Source: Alphaproteobacteria bacterium (lineage in GTDB: Bacteria; Pseudomonadota; Alphaproteobacteria; MPNO01; UBA830). Taken from it: a stretch of DNA of 64,000 bases. A program made the translations under genes and the position numbers. Below are positions 52,018 through 63,318 of this stretch, piece after piece (the first letter of the stretch is position 1; every line of letters begins with the position of its first letter). The DNA is taken from assembly GCA_964291215.2 (NCBI GenBank), contig OZ219791.1, positions 192,001-256,000 on the forward strand, read 5' to 3'. Below the pieces are notes generated by a model that worked only from the letters and a program-made list of their open reading frames with translations, did not search any database and had not been told where the DNA came from.

Positions 52018-52716
52018 ATGCCGACAGCAGATCCTTATGATCCGGAGTCGCTTTTCGCGCGCCTCCGGGCCGCCTGCCCCGACGAATGGGAAGCCTATAC
52101 GCGACACGCTTTCGTGCGCCAGCTCGGTGCGGGGCAACTGCCGGAGCCGTGTTTCCGCCACTACCTGATCCAGGACTATCTCTTCCTGGTCCATTTCGCG
52201 CGCGCCTGGGCGCTGACGGCCTTCAAGTCCGACACGCGCGCCAATGTCCGGCGCGCCGCATCGTCGCTGTGGGCAATCATCGACAGGGAAATGGAGCTGC
52301 ATGTCTGGTTCTGCGCCAACTGGGGGCTGACCGAGGCGGACATGGATTCGGTGCCGGAGGCGGTCGAGACCACCGCCTATACGAGATACGTCATCGACCG
52401 CGGAATGGCAGGCGATGTTCTCGATCTCCAGGTGGCGCTCGCGCCATGCATCGTCGGATATGCCGAAATCGGTCGCAACCTCCACGACGATCCGTCAACG
52501 GTTCTCGACGGCAATCCCTACCGGGAATGGATAGAGATGTATGCTGGCGACGACTACGGCAGCGTCGCCCACGACGCCGTCCGTTTTCTCGACACCCTGT
52601 GCGCCGAACGCAGGGGAACCGAGCGCCTCGACAGCCTAATCTCAACCTTCACGCAGGCGACGCGGCTGGAAGCGGCGTTCTGGGGCATGGGGCTGGCTGC
52701 AAAGGCCGCCGGATAG
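52018..52716 (+). CDS. tenA: TenA/thiaminase II family protein
   Basis: HYLIQDY.FL, PCIVGYAEIG, NPYREWI, LEAAFW. Confidence 0.88.
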   Translation: MPTADPYDPESLFARLRAACPDEWEAYTRHAFVRQLGAGQLPEPCFRHYLIQDYLFLVHFARAWALTAFKSDTRANVRRAASSLWAIIDREMELHVWFCANWGLTEADMDSVPEAVETTAYTRYVIDRGMAGDVLDLQVALAPCIVGYAEIGRNLHDDPSTVLDGNPYREWIEMYAGDDYGSVAHDAVRFLDTLCAERRGTERLDSLISTFTQATRLEAAFWGMGLAAKAAG

Positions 52717-52739
52717 AAAGCCGCTCTCCGGACGCCCGA

Positions 52740-52765
52740 GCCGGCCGGGGGCACCCCCGGCCGGC
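52740..52765. terminator. GC-rich hairpin between convergent tenA and tctC-like genes
   Basis: GCCGGCCGGGG...CCCCGGCCGGC inverted repeat. Confidence 0.5.
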
Positions 52766-52785
52766 CCTATGGCTGCGGGCAGCGA

Positions 52786-53820
52786 TCAGCTTTCGCCGCC
52801 GAAGATCAGCTTGCGCGCGTGCTTCACGACCTCAGGAGAGGCGTTCTTGACCGCGTCGTTAACGATCTGCTGGATTTCCGCACCCTTCGACGGAATCAGT
52901 CGAAGCCGCCGCTTCTGGAGTTCGGCCGCGAACTGCGGGTCGGCGTTCATCTTGTTGTAGGCGGTGCGCAACGTCTTCACGTTGGCTGGATCGACCCCCG
53001 GAGGCAGCGCGAGCCCGCGCCCAAGCAGGCCGAGCACCTTGATGAAATCGACAACCCTGCGGTCGTTATCGTCGCTCACCAGATCCGAAACCATGGGGAC
53101 CGACTTGGGCAAGTCGGGGTCCCTGAACACGCCGATCTGGGCGACCGGGCTGGCAAACGGCTTTTCGCCCTCGAACCAGTGCGGAACCTTGGAGGCCCAG
53201 GCCAGCCAGTTGAACGCCGCCATCTGGGTTTCCCCGCGTTCGACGGCAAGAATCGACTTGGAAGACCCCTTGTATCCCGTCACCATCTTGATCTTGTAGC
53301 CGAACAGGCCCTTCAACAGGCTCGGAAAGATATAGCCCGTGGACGACTTGCCGCTGGTGCTGCCAATCACCTGCTTGTTCTTCATGTCGTCGAGCTTGGT
53401 GATGCCGGCATCATTGCGCACGACCATGACGATGTTCGTCTGGTTGCTTGAACCTACCCAGATGAATTTCCGCGCATCGAAGCGCATCTTCTCGGGCCGC
53501 ATCAGCTGATTGACGACGGCGTTGTCGAGCGGAACGATCATGTTGAGACCGTCCTTGGGCATGACATTGAAGGCCCAGTTCATGGCTTTCACGCCGCCCG
53601 CACCCGGCATGTGCTGGAGAATAATGTTCGGCTTGCCGGGGATGTGCTTGCCGAGATGATTGGAAAAAACGACGCCATATTTGTCGTAAGTGCCTCCCGG
53701 CCCGTACGGAATGACGATCTTGATCGTTTTGCCCTTGTAATCGGTCGGAGCCGCGAAGGCCACGGTGGAAAAGACGGACGCAGCCAGAATGGCGACGAAC
53801 GCCTGTCTTAGATGTTGCAT
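52786..53820 (-). CDS. Bug/TctC tripartite tricarboxylate transporter substrate-binding protein
   Basis: Signal peptide, PYGPGGTYD, MPGAGG, GYKGS..AVERGE. Confidence 0.85.
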   Translation of the reverse strand: MQHLRQAFVAILAASVFSTVAFAAPTDYKGKTIKIVIPYGPGGTYDKYGVVFSNHLGKHIPGKPNIILQHMPGAGGVKAMNWAFNVMPKDGLNMIVPLDNAVVNQLMRPEKMRFDARKFIWVGSSNQTNIVMVVRNDAGITKLDDMKNKQVIGSTSGKSSTGYIFPSLLKGLFGYKIKMVTGYKGSSKSILAVERGETQMAAFNWLAWASKVPHWFEGEKPFASPVAQIGVFRDPDLPKSVPMVSDLVSDDNDRRVVDFIKVLGLLGRGLALPPGVDPANVKTLRTAYNKMNADPQFAAELQKRRLRLIPSKGAEIQQIVNDAVKNASPEVVKHARKLIFGGES

Positions 53821-54201
53821 GTCACATACCTTCCTGATTCTTGCCGGATTGCCCGACGACCGCGGACTGTCGGCGATTCCCGTAGCAAAAGCAAATTCGC
53901 AAAGGCGACTCCGCAGCCCTCCACTGCCCGGCATAGCGCCGGGAGTTGCGGATCGATGGAAGCAATTGACGACACGCTCGGGGCGGCTGCGTCCGGTCCC
54001 GGGCAGGGCGATCTTACGCTAAATTCTGTATGATTTTTCAAGGCAGCACCTGGGTTTTGCGGGGGCGCGGGTTGGTGCGGGAGATTTTTTACAGTTTTCG
54101 CCGGCTTTCCTGCACTGGAGTTGTCATGGTGCGGGGATGTCGGTTCACAAGCACATCGCGTCCTGTCCGATTCACGTCGCAGCTCCGGAAGGGTCTGTCC
54201 G

Positions 54202-55634
54202 AGAATCCATGTTTCTTGGCAAGGTTTTTGCGGGTGTCTGCAATGATGTTTTTTGTGGTTGTCCACAAGCGGTGTGGGATTTGCCCTGCGAGCGAGGCGA
54301 CATGAAGCTTGTGGTCTCGGCGGCGGGTTGCCGTCCATTGGTCACGTGAACGCGGCTACCTTGCCGTCCCCGGGCATGGTAACGTGACCGTCCGGGTTCC
54401 AGGTGTCTCGTCCACAAGGCGGTTCGATCTCCTCGATGTCGGCCTCGACGATGATCTGCAGACATTCTCCCCAAGCCGTGTCGTAGAGGGAGACTGTCGA
54501 GACAGTCCCGATAGTGCTCCTGCACCGCACCGAGCCACCGCATCGCACCAGCGTTGCGTACGGGAACGACGGGGCTTTCGGTGGTGGAGGTGGGGGCCTT
54601 GCGGCGCGCGGCGCTGCCTCTCGGCAGGGCCGTGTCTCCTTCGCTCACTCACCGGTGCTTCAGGCAACGCTGCTGTCGCAGCAAGGTGTTTGCCAGAGCT
54701 TGCGCATCACGGCGACAATCGCGACCTTGCTTGCTGGCGGTCTTGAGGCGCACCAGGTCCGCGTTGAAGCGTGCCGGTTGCGGCCAGGAGATCGCGTGGC
54801 CTTCGGCGCCCGCCACGGATGTGCCGAGCACCGTGGCCGCTGTCGTTGGCCATCGGCGCCACCCCGATCAAGGCTGCCGACGCTGCCGAGTTCGGGCATC
54901 CAGAAGGGCCGTGGCGGTCACCGGACCGGGGATCGAGGTCAGGATGGCGTACCTCTGCTTGGGATCACCGGCGATCACCGCTTTGATCGCCGCACCGGCG
55001 ATCATCGAGATCGGCCGCCGAGGCCCTTGTGACGGTCTCGCCATCCACCTCATCTGCCACCTGCCTGGCGTCGACAAGCGCGCCACCAGGAGATCCTCCA
55101 GGCTCTTGAGGAAGGCGGAGCCACAGGCTCACCGTGCCGATCCTGGCGTCGACGCGGTTGGCCCATCGCCTCGGCGAAGCGCCCGCAACGGGTTGACGAG
55201 GATAACCTCGAAGCCCCGGTCATGAAGACACTGGTGAACCTTGCGGTGATAGCGGCCTGTCGCCCACCACCCGGCTCACCTCGAGGCCGCGAAGCCACCT
55301 GCCCGTGGCGTCGTTCGCAAAACAATGCGCCAGATGTCCAGACTGGCTGACCCCTGCTACTACCTTGACCATCGCTCCTCACCTTGTGATGATACGGGTT
55401 CAAACCCGGGCATCCAGCGAAGGACGCCAAGGGAGGTTGGCCGACCAAGCTCGGACGCGGCTCTGTCAAGGTCAAAACGGCAACCTCCGCGGAGATCGTT
55501 TGATCCCCTGTGCGTGTTCGCTCAGGGGAGCGGAATCTCTCTGCAACCATAGCTCTCCCACAGATCCACATTTTCCCGCCCCCAACCGCTGTGGATGATT
55601 GCATCATCAAGGGGACAAAACCTGGTCATACAAG
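54202..55634 (-). mobile_element. IS110-family element, copy 2
   Basis: CT core at both ends; Tnp remnant 54649-55372 (SIPG.GPVTA-like, MPELG, KVAIVAVMRKL). Confidence 0.85.
55373..55632 (-). ncRNA. Predicted IS110 bridge RNA region, copy 2
   Basis: Stem GGAGGTTG/CAACCTCC enclosing TGACCT and GTCCGAG; second loop TGGATGC-[CGGGTT/AACCCG]-ACAAG. Confidence 0.7.
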
Positions 55635-56045
55635 GTCGAGGTGATTACGCTTGGTCAGGCCGGATGAGCGTCCGCTGTGGGATGCGTTGATGGACGACTA
55701 TCCCGGGTTTCGCCGTCTGGCGGGGCTGCACCATATTGCGTCCTTCAGGGGGCAGTGGTCTGGCGGCGTGACGGGGCCTTCAAGTGCCGCGGCCGGTGGA
55801 TTGGCTGGAAGCCGGAGCAGCAGTGGCTTGATCTGACAACACGCGACTGCTTGCGGCGCCGGGAACGTTTCCGAACCTTGCCTCCTTCTTTCTTGCGACG
55901 CGGCGGCTGGCCGATGACTGGGCCTGCGGCCACCAGGTGGCGGAGACGTTCTGCGATCCGGAGCGTTTTGCGGGCACAAGGCGGCGGGCTGGCGTGCCAA
56001 GAGGTTTGCCCGCGCCAACGGGCGCTGCACCGACCCCCATGGTAA

Positions 56046-57270
56046 GGGCTCGTCACGAAACAACCGCTTCTGTATTGGGTGTTGGCAAGAGTGAATAGTT
56101 CCACTCGCCTTGGAATTTTGCGCGCTTGATGTCGAGGGCCTTGATCTCGGCATCCTTGATTTCCTTGGGACAGGTGTTTTCGTCGACATCGCAATAGACC
56201 TTGAGGCCGGCTTCGGTGGTGGTTGCGCTGATCAGGCTGACGATGGCGGCGAGGTTGCGCAGCGCGCCAGTTCTGGCTGATGAACGAGAACAGGCGGTGT
56301 GCGGTTCCATTTGCTGGTGCCGGGCGGCAGACCATGATCTCGAGTTCCCTGGCGAGCTTCTGCAGTTCGACCTTCCGCAGCCGGGCCCCGTTCGAGCCGC
56401 CGCAGTCGGCGGTGATCAGCCGCCGCCCCGGGGTAGCGCCCTGGGCGCCGGATGCTTTCCGCCGCAAACGCCGCCGTGTCATGGCTGATCAGCCGATGTT
56501 GTGGGCCACGTCTCCGTAGGGGGCAGCCTTGCCGAGTTCCTTGTCCGCGAAGTCATGAACCTTCACTTCCTCGGGCCGGCCCTTCGGCCGCCACTGGCGG
56601 CCGGCGTTCTTGAAATCGCCGATCAGTTCCTTCTTCCTGGTGTCGGCTCCCCGGCGGCAAGAAACACCGCAACCTGCTCGTTTATATGGCCGAACTGCCC
56701 GGTGCACGCCGCCTTCGCGGGTCTTCGCCTGCAGCGCATACGCCCAGAAGCCGCCCGACAAGCGACGCCGAACAACCCTGCCCCTCAAGACACTTCGCAA
56801 GATGCCGGGTGCTCTTCGAAACCCGAGACCGTTCCGGGTCGCCCCGCGTCGCCGGCGCAACCAGCGCCGCCAGCAAACCCGGCTGACGCTCCGTCGCCGC
56901 CCGCGCGCCGGCGGCGACGTTGTTCCGCTCCTTCAGACCCCGTCCAATCGTCGAACGCGCAACGCCGTCCGAGACTTGCGCTCACGCCCAAGACACTGCG
57001 CCGCAACCGGCGACCCTTCTCGTCAAGATGAGGAGAAAGGAATGCAAACCGGTGCCTCATGCTCTGTTCCATGCTCCGAACATAAACGCCCAACCAGCGC
57101 CGGACAATCAACCGACAACCAAACTGACCGACAAATCATCCCGGAAAGACCCCAACACCAAACAACCGAAGCCAGCAGACTGACCCTTGGGCAAGCGCTC
57201 AACCAAAACCACCAGACAGACAAAAACGCCAACGCAAACAACACGGATTCGATTATTTGGTGACAAGCCC
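56046..57270 (-). mobile_element. Decayed ISAzo13-family element
   Basis: DTRKKELIGDFKNAG, VHDF, LITADCGGSN, GEWNY; IRs GGGCTCGTCACGAAACAA/GGGCTTGTCACCAAATAA; flanking TAA repeat. Confidence 0.85.
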
Positions 57271-57345
57271 TAAGCCTCAGCCCAGCGCCATCATCGCCAT
57301 ACGAGATTCACGCCCCCGCTGAGCTCTGCGGTCCAGTTTCCTTCG

Positions 57346-58302
57346 CTATTCGCCTTCACTCGTACTGTCGCCGGTAGTCAGGCCTTCAAATGCTTCCAAC
57401 AAGTCCAGATGCCGTCGCGGAAAATGCACAAAGAGTTCGCCCTCGTAGCCCAGCTCATCCTTCTGGAGATTGAAAGTACCCCGCTCTTCACGCATCTCGT
57501 AAAACTTGACCGATCTTCCCCTGCACTCCAAAGCCTTCATGATCGTGTACTTGGCCGACTCTTTACACCTCATCCCGAAGATGACTTCTTCCAGTTCCAG
57601 GGGCGAACCCTCAGCCCCCCGACGCCCGATCAGTCGCCACTCCTCTTCGTAAGACCAACTCTCCGCCTTTCTCAGCATCACAGCTTCATCGACCGTTACG
57701 CGGGCTTCATCATCTCCATCCAGCATCGCGCTCACCTCGCTCGCCTTGACCAGCCGAGATCCATCGTACGCTACTTTATGAACATCCCCTGTCACCCGCT
57801 CTGGTACTGAATAGCCTAGGCAAATCCCGCGATGCTGGTCGCCATAGTGGCTCCACATCAGCGGGCAGTCGTCTCGCTCTGCAAACGAAACAATACCCTT
57901 CTCGTATCGCTGAAGCAGTTCCAACTCGATGCGATACGTTAACCTCGCTTCGATATCGAATCCCTCGTCCATCTCGCTGTATTCGATCTCATCCATTCGC
58001 TCATCGGCCTGGTCGCGACTGCAATTCTCGATCAGATCCGTCGTCTTGGGCCCATTAAGCCTCATAGAATCAGCTGCCGCACACATTTCTTTAGCGATGC
58101 GTTGTTCGGTCAGCATCCACAGAATCCTTCCGAGCTCACCAACATCGACATCGTTGTAAAGCGAAGGCTGGGTATCCAGCGGATCGTTGAACGTGCTCGG
58201 GTCGGCAAAGTAAAGCCGGTCTCCCACGACCATATCCAAAGTCCGGGCAGTCAAGTCACGATACTTGTAAAGCCGCGTGGGCAATCCCTTATCTCTTTCC
58301 AT
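57346..58302 (-). CDS. DUF2971 domain-containing protein (intact)
   Basis: LYKYR, FNDP, LMWSHYGDQHRGICLGY, K..SWSYEEEWR; lower GC than core genes. Confidence 0.85.
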   Translation of the reverse strand: MERDKGLPTRLYKYRDLTARTLDMVVGDRLYFADPSTFNDPLDTQPSLYNDVDVGELGRILWMLTEQRIAKEMCAAADSMRLNGPKTTDLIENCSRDQADERMDEIEYSEMDEGFDIEARLTYRIELELLQRYEKGIVSFAERDDCPLMWSHYGDQHRGICLGYSVPERVTGDVHKVAYDGSRLVKASEVSAMLDGDDEARVTVDEAVMLRKAESWSYEEEWRLIGRRGAEGSPLELEEVIFGMRCKESAKYTIMKALECRGRSVKFYEMREERGTFNLQKDELGYEGELFVHFPRRHLDLLEAFEGLTTGDSTSEGE

Positions 58303-60310
58303 GTTTCCCTGTCCGCTTCCGGATACGATCGCTCCTTGGGTCCCGGATCGCATTACGCCAGCGTTGCTGCAACTCCCATGCGAAACGGTGCAGATTGGGC
58401 ACGCTTCGGTCTTCCATGCTGGATGCAAGTCCGATATGTCTATCGTAACCAGTTGATTTATTGAGATTTTGCCTTTGTTTCGGGTTCCCGATTACGGGGT
58501 TTGGTGACAATCGGATTACGCAGCCTCATGTCTGGAAATTGTCGTGAAGCTCTCAGTCATCGAGCTGTTCCCATTTGATGTATGCCTTGGTTTCGGTTTC
58601 CCATTTTTCGTCGATGAGGACTGCGGTTGAGAGGCGCTCCAACGAGGCGATGTTCGGAAAGACCCTGATTTTGGCGGTGCGCCGTTTGAGCTCTTGCTGG
58701 ATCGGTCGCTCGATGCCGTTCGAGGTTCGCATACGTTTGTGGTGAGCATCGGGCAAGGTGAAGACAGCGAGCCCCGCATTCTTTTCCAGCCAGGAAGCCT
58801 GGATGCTTGTCGCTGGCCACGAGGGCGCCCAGTTCAGCCTCGGCGGTTTGGAGTGAGGACGCATGGCTCCGAGCTGTTTTCCAATACGTTTCCTGATGTC
58901 GTTGTTCGGTGCACGGCGTTTTGTGCCAAGTGGAACTGGCAGCGCTGCCACGTCGCCGCGCCCAGCACCGCGCGTCGTGCCGCTTTTAGGCCGATCATCC
59001 GAGACGATGAAGGTTGTGCCATGCAGGCCACGGGCTTGCAAGCTTTCCAAGAAGGCTCTCCAATGGACCTCAGCCTCGGAGAGCGCCACAGAGAGCCCCG
59101 GAACGTGCCTGCAGCCCCTGTTCCGATGGCCGAGAGTACCGCGACATCGCGCACAACGCCGTCATGGCGGGCTTTTTCATGGCACGCATCCAGGTATTTC
59201 ATCAGGGGCCGGTTGCGCGGCGAGTTCTTCATCGAGCAACCTGGTGGCCCGGCTGACCTGAGAAGAGGACAGGCTCCCGAACTCGCGCATTACATCCTGC
59301 CGTGTGGAAACACCCTTGATGTACATCTCGGCTACGGCGCGAGAAGATCGCTGGCCGCGTTCAAGCGACTGGGGGGGGCGTCCCCGTGACCGGCCGTCTC
59401 TGGTACCTGAACGGTAACAGTGGGGGTGTCGATCCGCTTGTAGCCGTTGGCATAGCCCTGTCGCTCCGGTGTCCAGTGGCCCGCTTTCAAGTGCTGCTCG
59501 CGCTCGATTTGCATCGCAAGCTCGAAGAGCTGGCCAAAGACCCGGCCCGGATCCGTTGCTCCGTTTGCGATCAGATGTTCCAAAACGGCCTCAAGCGTCG
59601 TAGTGTGTCGCAAGTCCATTCGCTTCCTCCATGAATGTTTTACAACTCCATGGGATAGCACGATGGCGCCGCGTTTTACTGGGGGGCTAGTAGTTAGACA
59701 TTATTGAATTGATAGATATAGTGACTTCAGTTTCGTCCGGGCATCCTTCGTCGTGAAACGCCAGTCGACAGTGACATCGGCCGCATTGCGCCGTTCCACC
59801 CATGCTGCCGTCTCTCGCCGCATGGTGTCGCGGTCGGGAATGCGTCGCCGAAGGCATTGCCGCGACAGCGCACCGATCTCGGCCATGTTGAGCCAGCTTC
59901 CGTGCTTCGGCGTATAGCGAAACTCGAACCGCTTTCGCACCGCCTCCTCGGGCTCGAAGGCTTCATATAGCGACTGTGCGTGTTCAGATTGTCCAGCACG
60001 ATCTTCCTGTCGGGGAAATGGTCGTCGGCAAGCTCCCGGATGAAGTGCGCCCAGTCCCGCGGCGGTCGGTGACTTTCACCGTGCGCCAGTTCTCGTTGGG
60101 CGCGAAGGCCAGGAAGAGCTTGGCCGTTTCATTCATATTCATGGTCGACCACCTCCGGCTGACCGGAAGGTTTCCTTCGTCTGCTGCCGGCTGGTCTCAG
60201 CACCTCGTTCCCGGCAAAGTCCCGCTGACAAATGTCAAGCACGTCCGCCGCCACGAACTGTGCGCTCCGGTGCGGTGGAATGCACCAGTTCAGCCACGGC
60301 TTGATCTTTT

Positions 60311-63300
60311 GTAACTGCTCACCCCCTGGTTCCGGCTTGATGTCGGGGTAGAGCAACAAACGAGGTTTCGTGGAGATTTGACACTGCATGCCGATTCGCT
60401 TAGTGGTGGTCATCGAGAACGACGGGGACCGCCAGTGGGCTACTTTCGATCGAAGGCGACGAGCGGGCTGTGCCAGCTGCTTCCGGGGCTCCAGCCCCCG
60501 CATGATCTGTATGTGGAAACGCATCTCGGAAGCGACGCGCTGATGAAGCGCAAGGCCGGGTGATGGCGACGGGCGGCGCGCGAGGAGTTCGAAGCGGCCA
60601 AGACCGCGGCGCTGCCGGCAAGGTGGCGGAAGAGGCCGTCATCCGCGTCTTCGTCATCCTGCTCGACATCATCATCGTCGTCCTTCTGGAGAAGACCACG
60701 CACGAGCCGGAACTCCGGTCTGCCGCCGTCACAGACGGACAAGAGCGTGCCGGAAGCAACGGCCCGAAGCCGAACCGGCAGATGGGCGACAACCTGCGCA
60801 AGATCATCGTCGAGGAAACGGTCGCAGCCTGCGACGCCTGCGGCACCGACATCGACGGCCCCGTCGATCGGGAGCGCCGCGTCCTCTATGACATCGTGTT
60901 CGAGGTCGTCGAGCGCCGCGCCGAGATCAAGGAATGCCCGAAGTGCAAGGCCCGGGGCCGGTTCCCCGACAACATCCCGTGCAGTGCGGCATCGGCATTC
61001 AGGCCCTCGTCATCAACCTGCTGGTCGCCCAGATGCTGTCCCTGCGCCGTCGCGCTCGTGCAGGCGATATCAAGCTCTCCGAGGCCTCGGCTATGCTTTC
61101 ACGATGCGTCATGGGAGGAGGCCGCCGTGGCGCACCTCCTGCAACGCCCGATGTCGACGATTTCGGATCAACAGTAAGTGGCTCCATGTCGTGGGACCCT
61201 GACGTGCAAGTTCCCGCACCGCAAGCGCGGCCGGGAGGCAAGAGATCGGCATCATCCCGTGCTACAAGGGCGTCCTGGACCTCGTACATGGGCCAGTGTA
61301 GCCACCAGCTGTGCGGCAGCCACCTGCTGCGCGAACTGACCTTTGTCGTCGAGGCTACCGCGCGACTGATGAAGAGCCTGCTCCCTGCCACAAGGTCAAC
61401 AAGAGCGCATCCAAAACCCTGAACGACGCCGGGCGCAAGCGCTACCGCACCATCAGGGCGCCAAGGAACTGCCCGACATCCCGACGAAAGGAAAACGTGG
61501 ACGCAAGTCCGACGCGCACAACCTGCACGAACGTCTCGTGAAACACGAAAACCTGCGCTTCATAGACAACCATCGCGGTAGGGAACCGGGTTACCCCCCG
61601 CACAGAACCGGACGTGCGCTGTTCGCTCCTCCCCTGACGACAAGGCGCTGGTTTGGCCACGGGCTCAGTGGGCAGCGGTGAGGGTGTCTATGTCCCCGGT
61701 GAAGTCCTTTTGGGAGCGTCGCCGAAGGGCACGCAGCTGTTTGCATTGGTGTATGAACTTCTGCAGGCTGCTTCCTGGAACGGCGTAGTAGCAGCCGTTG
61801 ATAACTCACCACTTGGCCGTTTCGTGCCGGTTATCGTGCCACCGCCTGCGCAAGGCCTCCTTGATCCGCCGCAGGGTGCCCGTTTGCGACCGACCCTGAA
61901 CCTGCCTTTCCTCGTCTGTTCGCAGAAGTGCGTCATGCCGAGGAAGTCGAACGTCTTGCCCACGCTTCCGGCGGTTCGCTCTGGCAAACCGACCGAACTC
62001 GATGATTTTCCGGGTGCAGTTCAAGTGGGCCAGTCTCTCCCCAAGGTCTCAGCGCCGCCCAGATGCTGAAAGCCGCACACGAAGTCGTCCGCATAGCGGA
62101 CAGTGATCGTGTCGCCTCCAGCCATCCGCTTGCGCCAGTGGTTCTGGAACCAGTCGTACGTAGTGCAGGTTCGCAAGGCGCCGCCCCTTGCGGTGTTCCC
62201 TTGCCAGTCGGTCCCTTCCATGACGCCGGCGTCACTTGATGATCAGACCCCCCGATCCGTTTCCCGAGCATCGCGACCAGATGGTCGCGGTTGTCGAAGG
62301 GGCGTCAACGATCCAGTTGACCTTCCGCCGTTCCACCGTGACGGCGCATGATGCGCCCCGGCCGGAAGCCGTAACTAAACCCGAGGAACTCCGTCTCGCG
62401 GCACCAGAATCACACCGCCCGCTGAAGAATCTTGTCCGAGGCAAGTTGCCCTCCATCCTCCTTGGGTATGTAAACCCTGGAGGCGCCCGCCCCTGTGCAC
62501 ACGGGCGTGCAGCAGTTCCACACCCTCCGCGTACGCTTGCCACACAACGCCCCGCCGCCGCGTCCTTCCTCAAGGAATGGAACGCATCGTGCAGAACGTC
62601 GACCGTCACGTGGTGGAGTAAAGACGCTCTTCCGGGTTCCTCTTCGCTACCTGCCGCCTGTGACCCCCGCTTCTGCGCGCGGCGCGGGCCAACCGCATTG
62701 CCCTTCCCTCCAACAACTCCGCAGGCTCCGAAGAACCCTTGTTCGCCGCCTTCAGCGGTACTATGGCCGAATCTGACTTCTCGTTCATCATCGGTTTACG
62801 GAATTTCCTCTGCGGCCCCTCCACGACAGAGGGGCAAGACCTCTCAGGTCCCTGCTTCGGCCCTGGTTCTCGGACCCCGCGGAGTTCCCCTCACCAACGC
62901 GGCTCGCAGGGTGTTGCCCACTCGGACGACCTCGGCACTCCGGTTTCAAAGCATCTCGTGGCTCAATAGCCTGGCCTGCCGCTCCCCAACGCTTCGCCTG
63001 GCGACGCATGGTTCACGGAGAAATTAGCCTCTCTCGGGACTTGCACCCGGCCACATTCCACCAGTTTGCCTGGCGCACCCGATGTCAGCTTCACCAACAA
63101 TGCCGGAGAACAGAAAATCAGGATGGCAAAGGTCAAGGTGTCCGGATGCTTCCGCTCCACGCAAAAGCATGGTGCCGGGGCTCAAGCTACCTCACCTCCA
63201 TGGCCGCACTCGGCTACAACCCACTCGTCGCCACCCAGATCGCCCTCGACGGAAAAGCCGCAGACATCATCAACGAGCACTATGGCCAATCAGAACCCAA

Positions 63301-63318
63301 CAAGGGGTGAGTAGATAC
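60311..63318 (+). mobile_element. Decayed IS66-family element split by a group II intron
   Basis: IRs GTAACTGCTCACCCC / GGGGTGAGTAGATAC; 8-bp duplication GATCTTTT; HQLCGSHLLREL, FTNNAGEQ. Confidence 0.88.
61572..63078 (-). mobile_element. Group II intron with decayed reverse transcriptase/maturase
   Basis: 5' GTGCG at 63078; eroded DV/DVI ending CCCTACCGCGAT; RT fragments GTPQG, RYADDF, TFDFLGMTH, KVNWIVDA. Confidence 0.9.

Larger units (their letters stand above)
54015..56045 (+). mobile_element. DUF4338-ISAs1 element (copy D) interrupted by IS110 and ISAzo13
   Basis: Left end shared with 10438-10624; LVRPDERPLW..GFRRLAGL, WIGWKPEQ after 55635. Confidence 0.7.

Noticed and set aside
10173-56045. 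Complete Druantia defence system
   Set aside because: Only decayed DUF4338 pieces tied to ISAs1; no DruE-like helicase (the DinG gene is a housekeeping type)
61572-63078. Retron, DGR or defence RT
   Set aside because: GTGCG start, DV/DVI end and precise exon rejoining identify a group II intron
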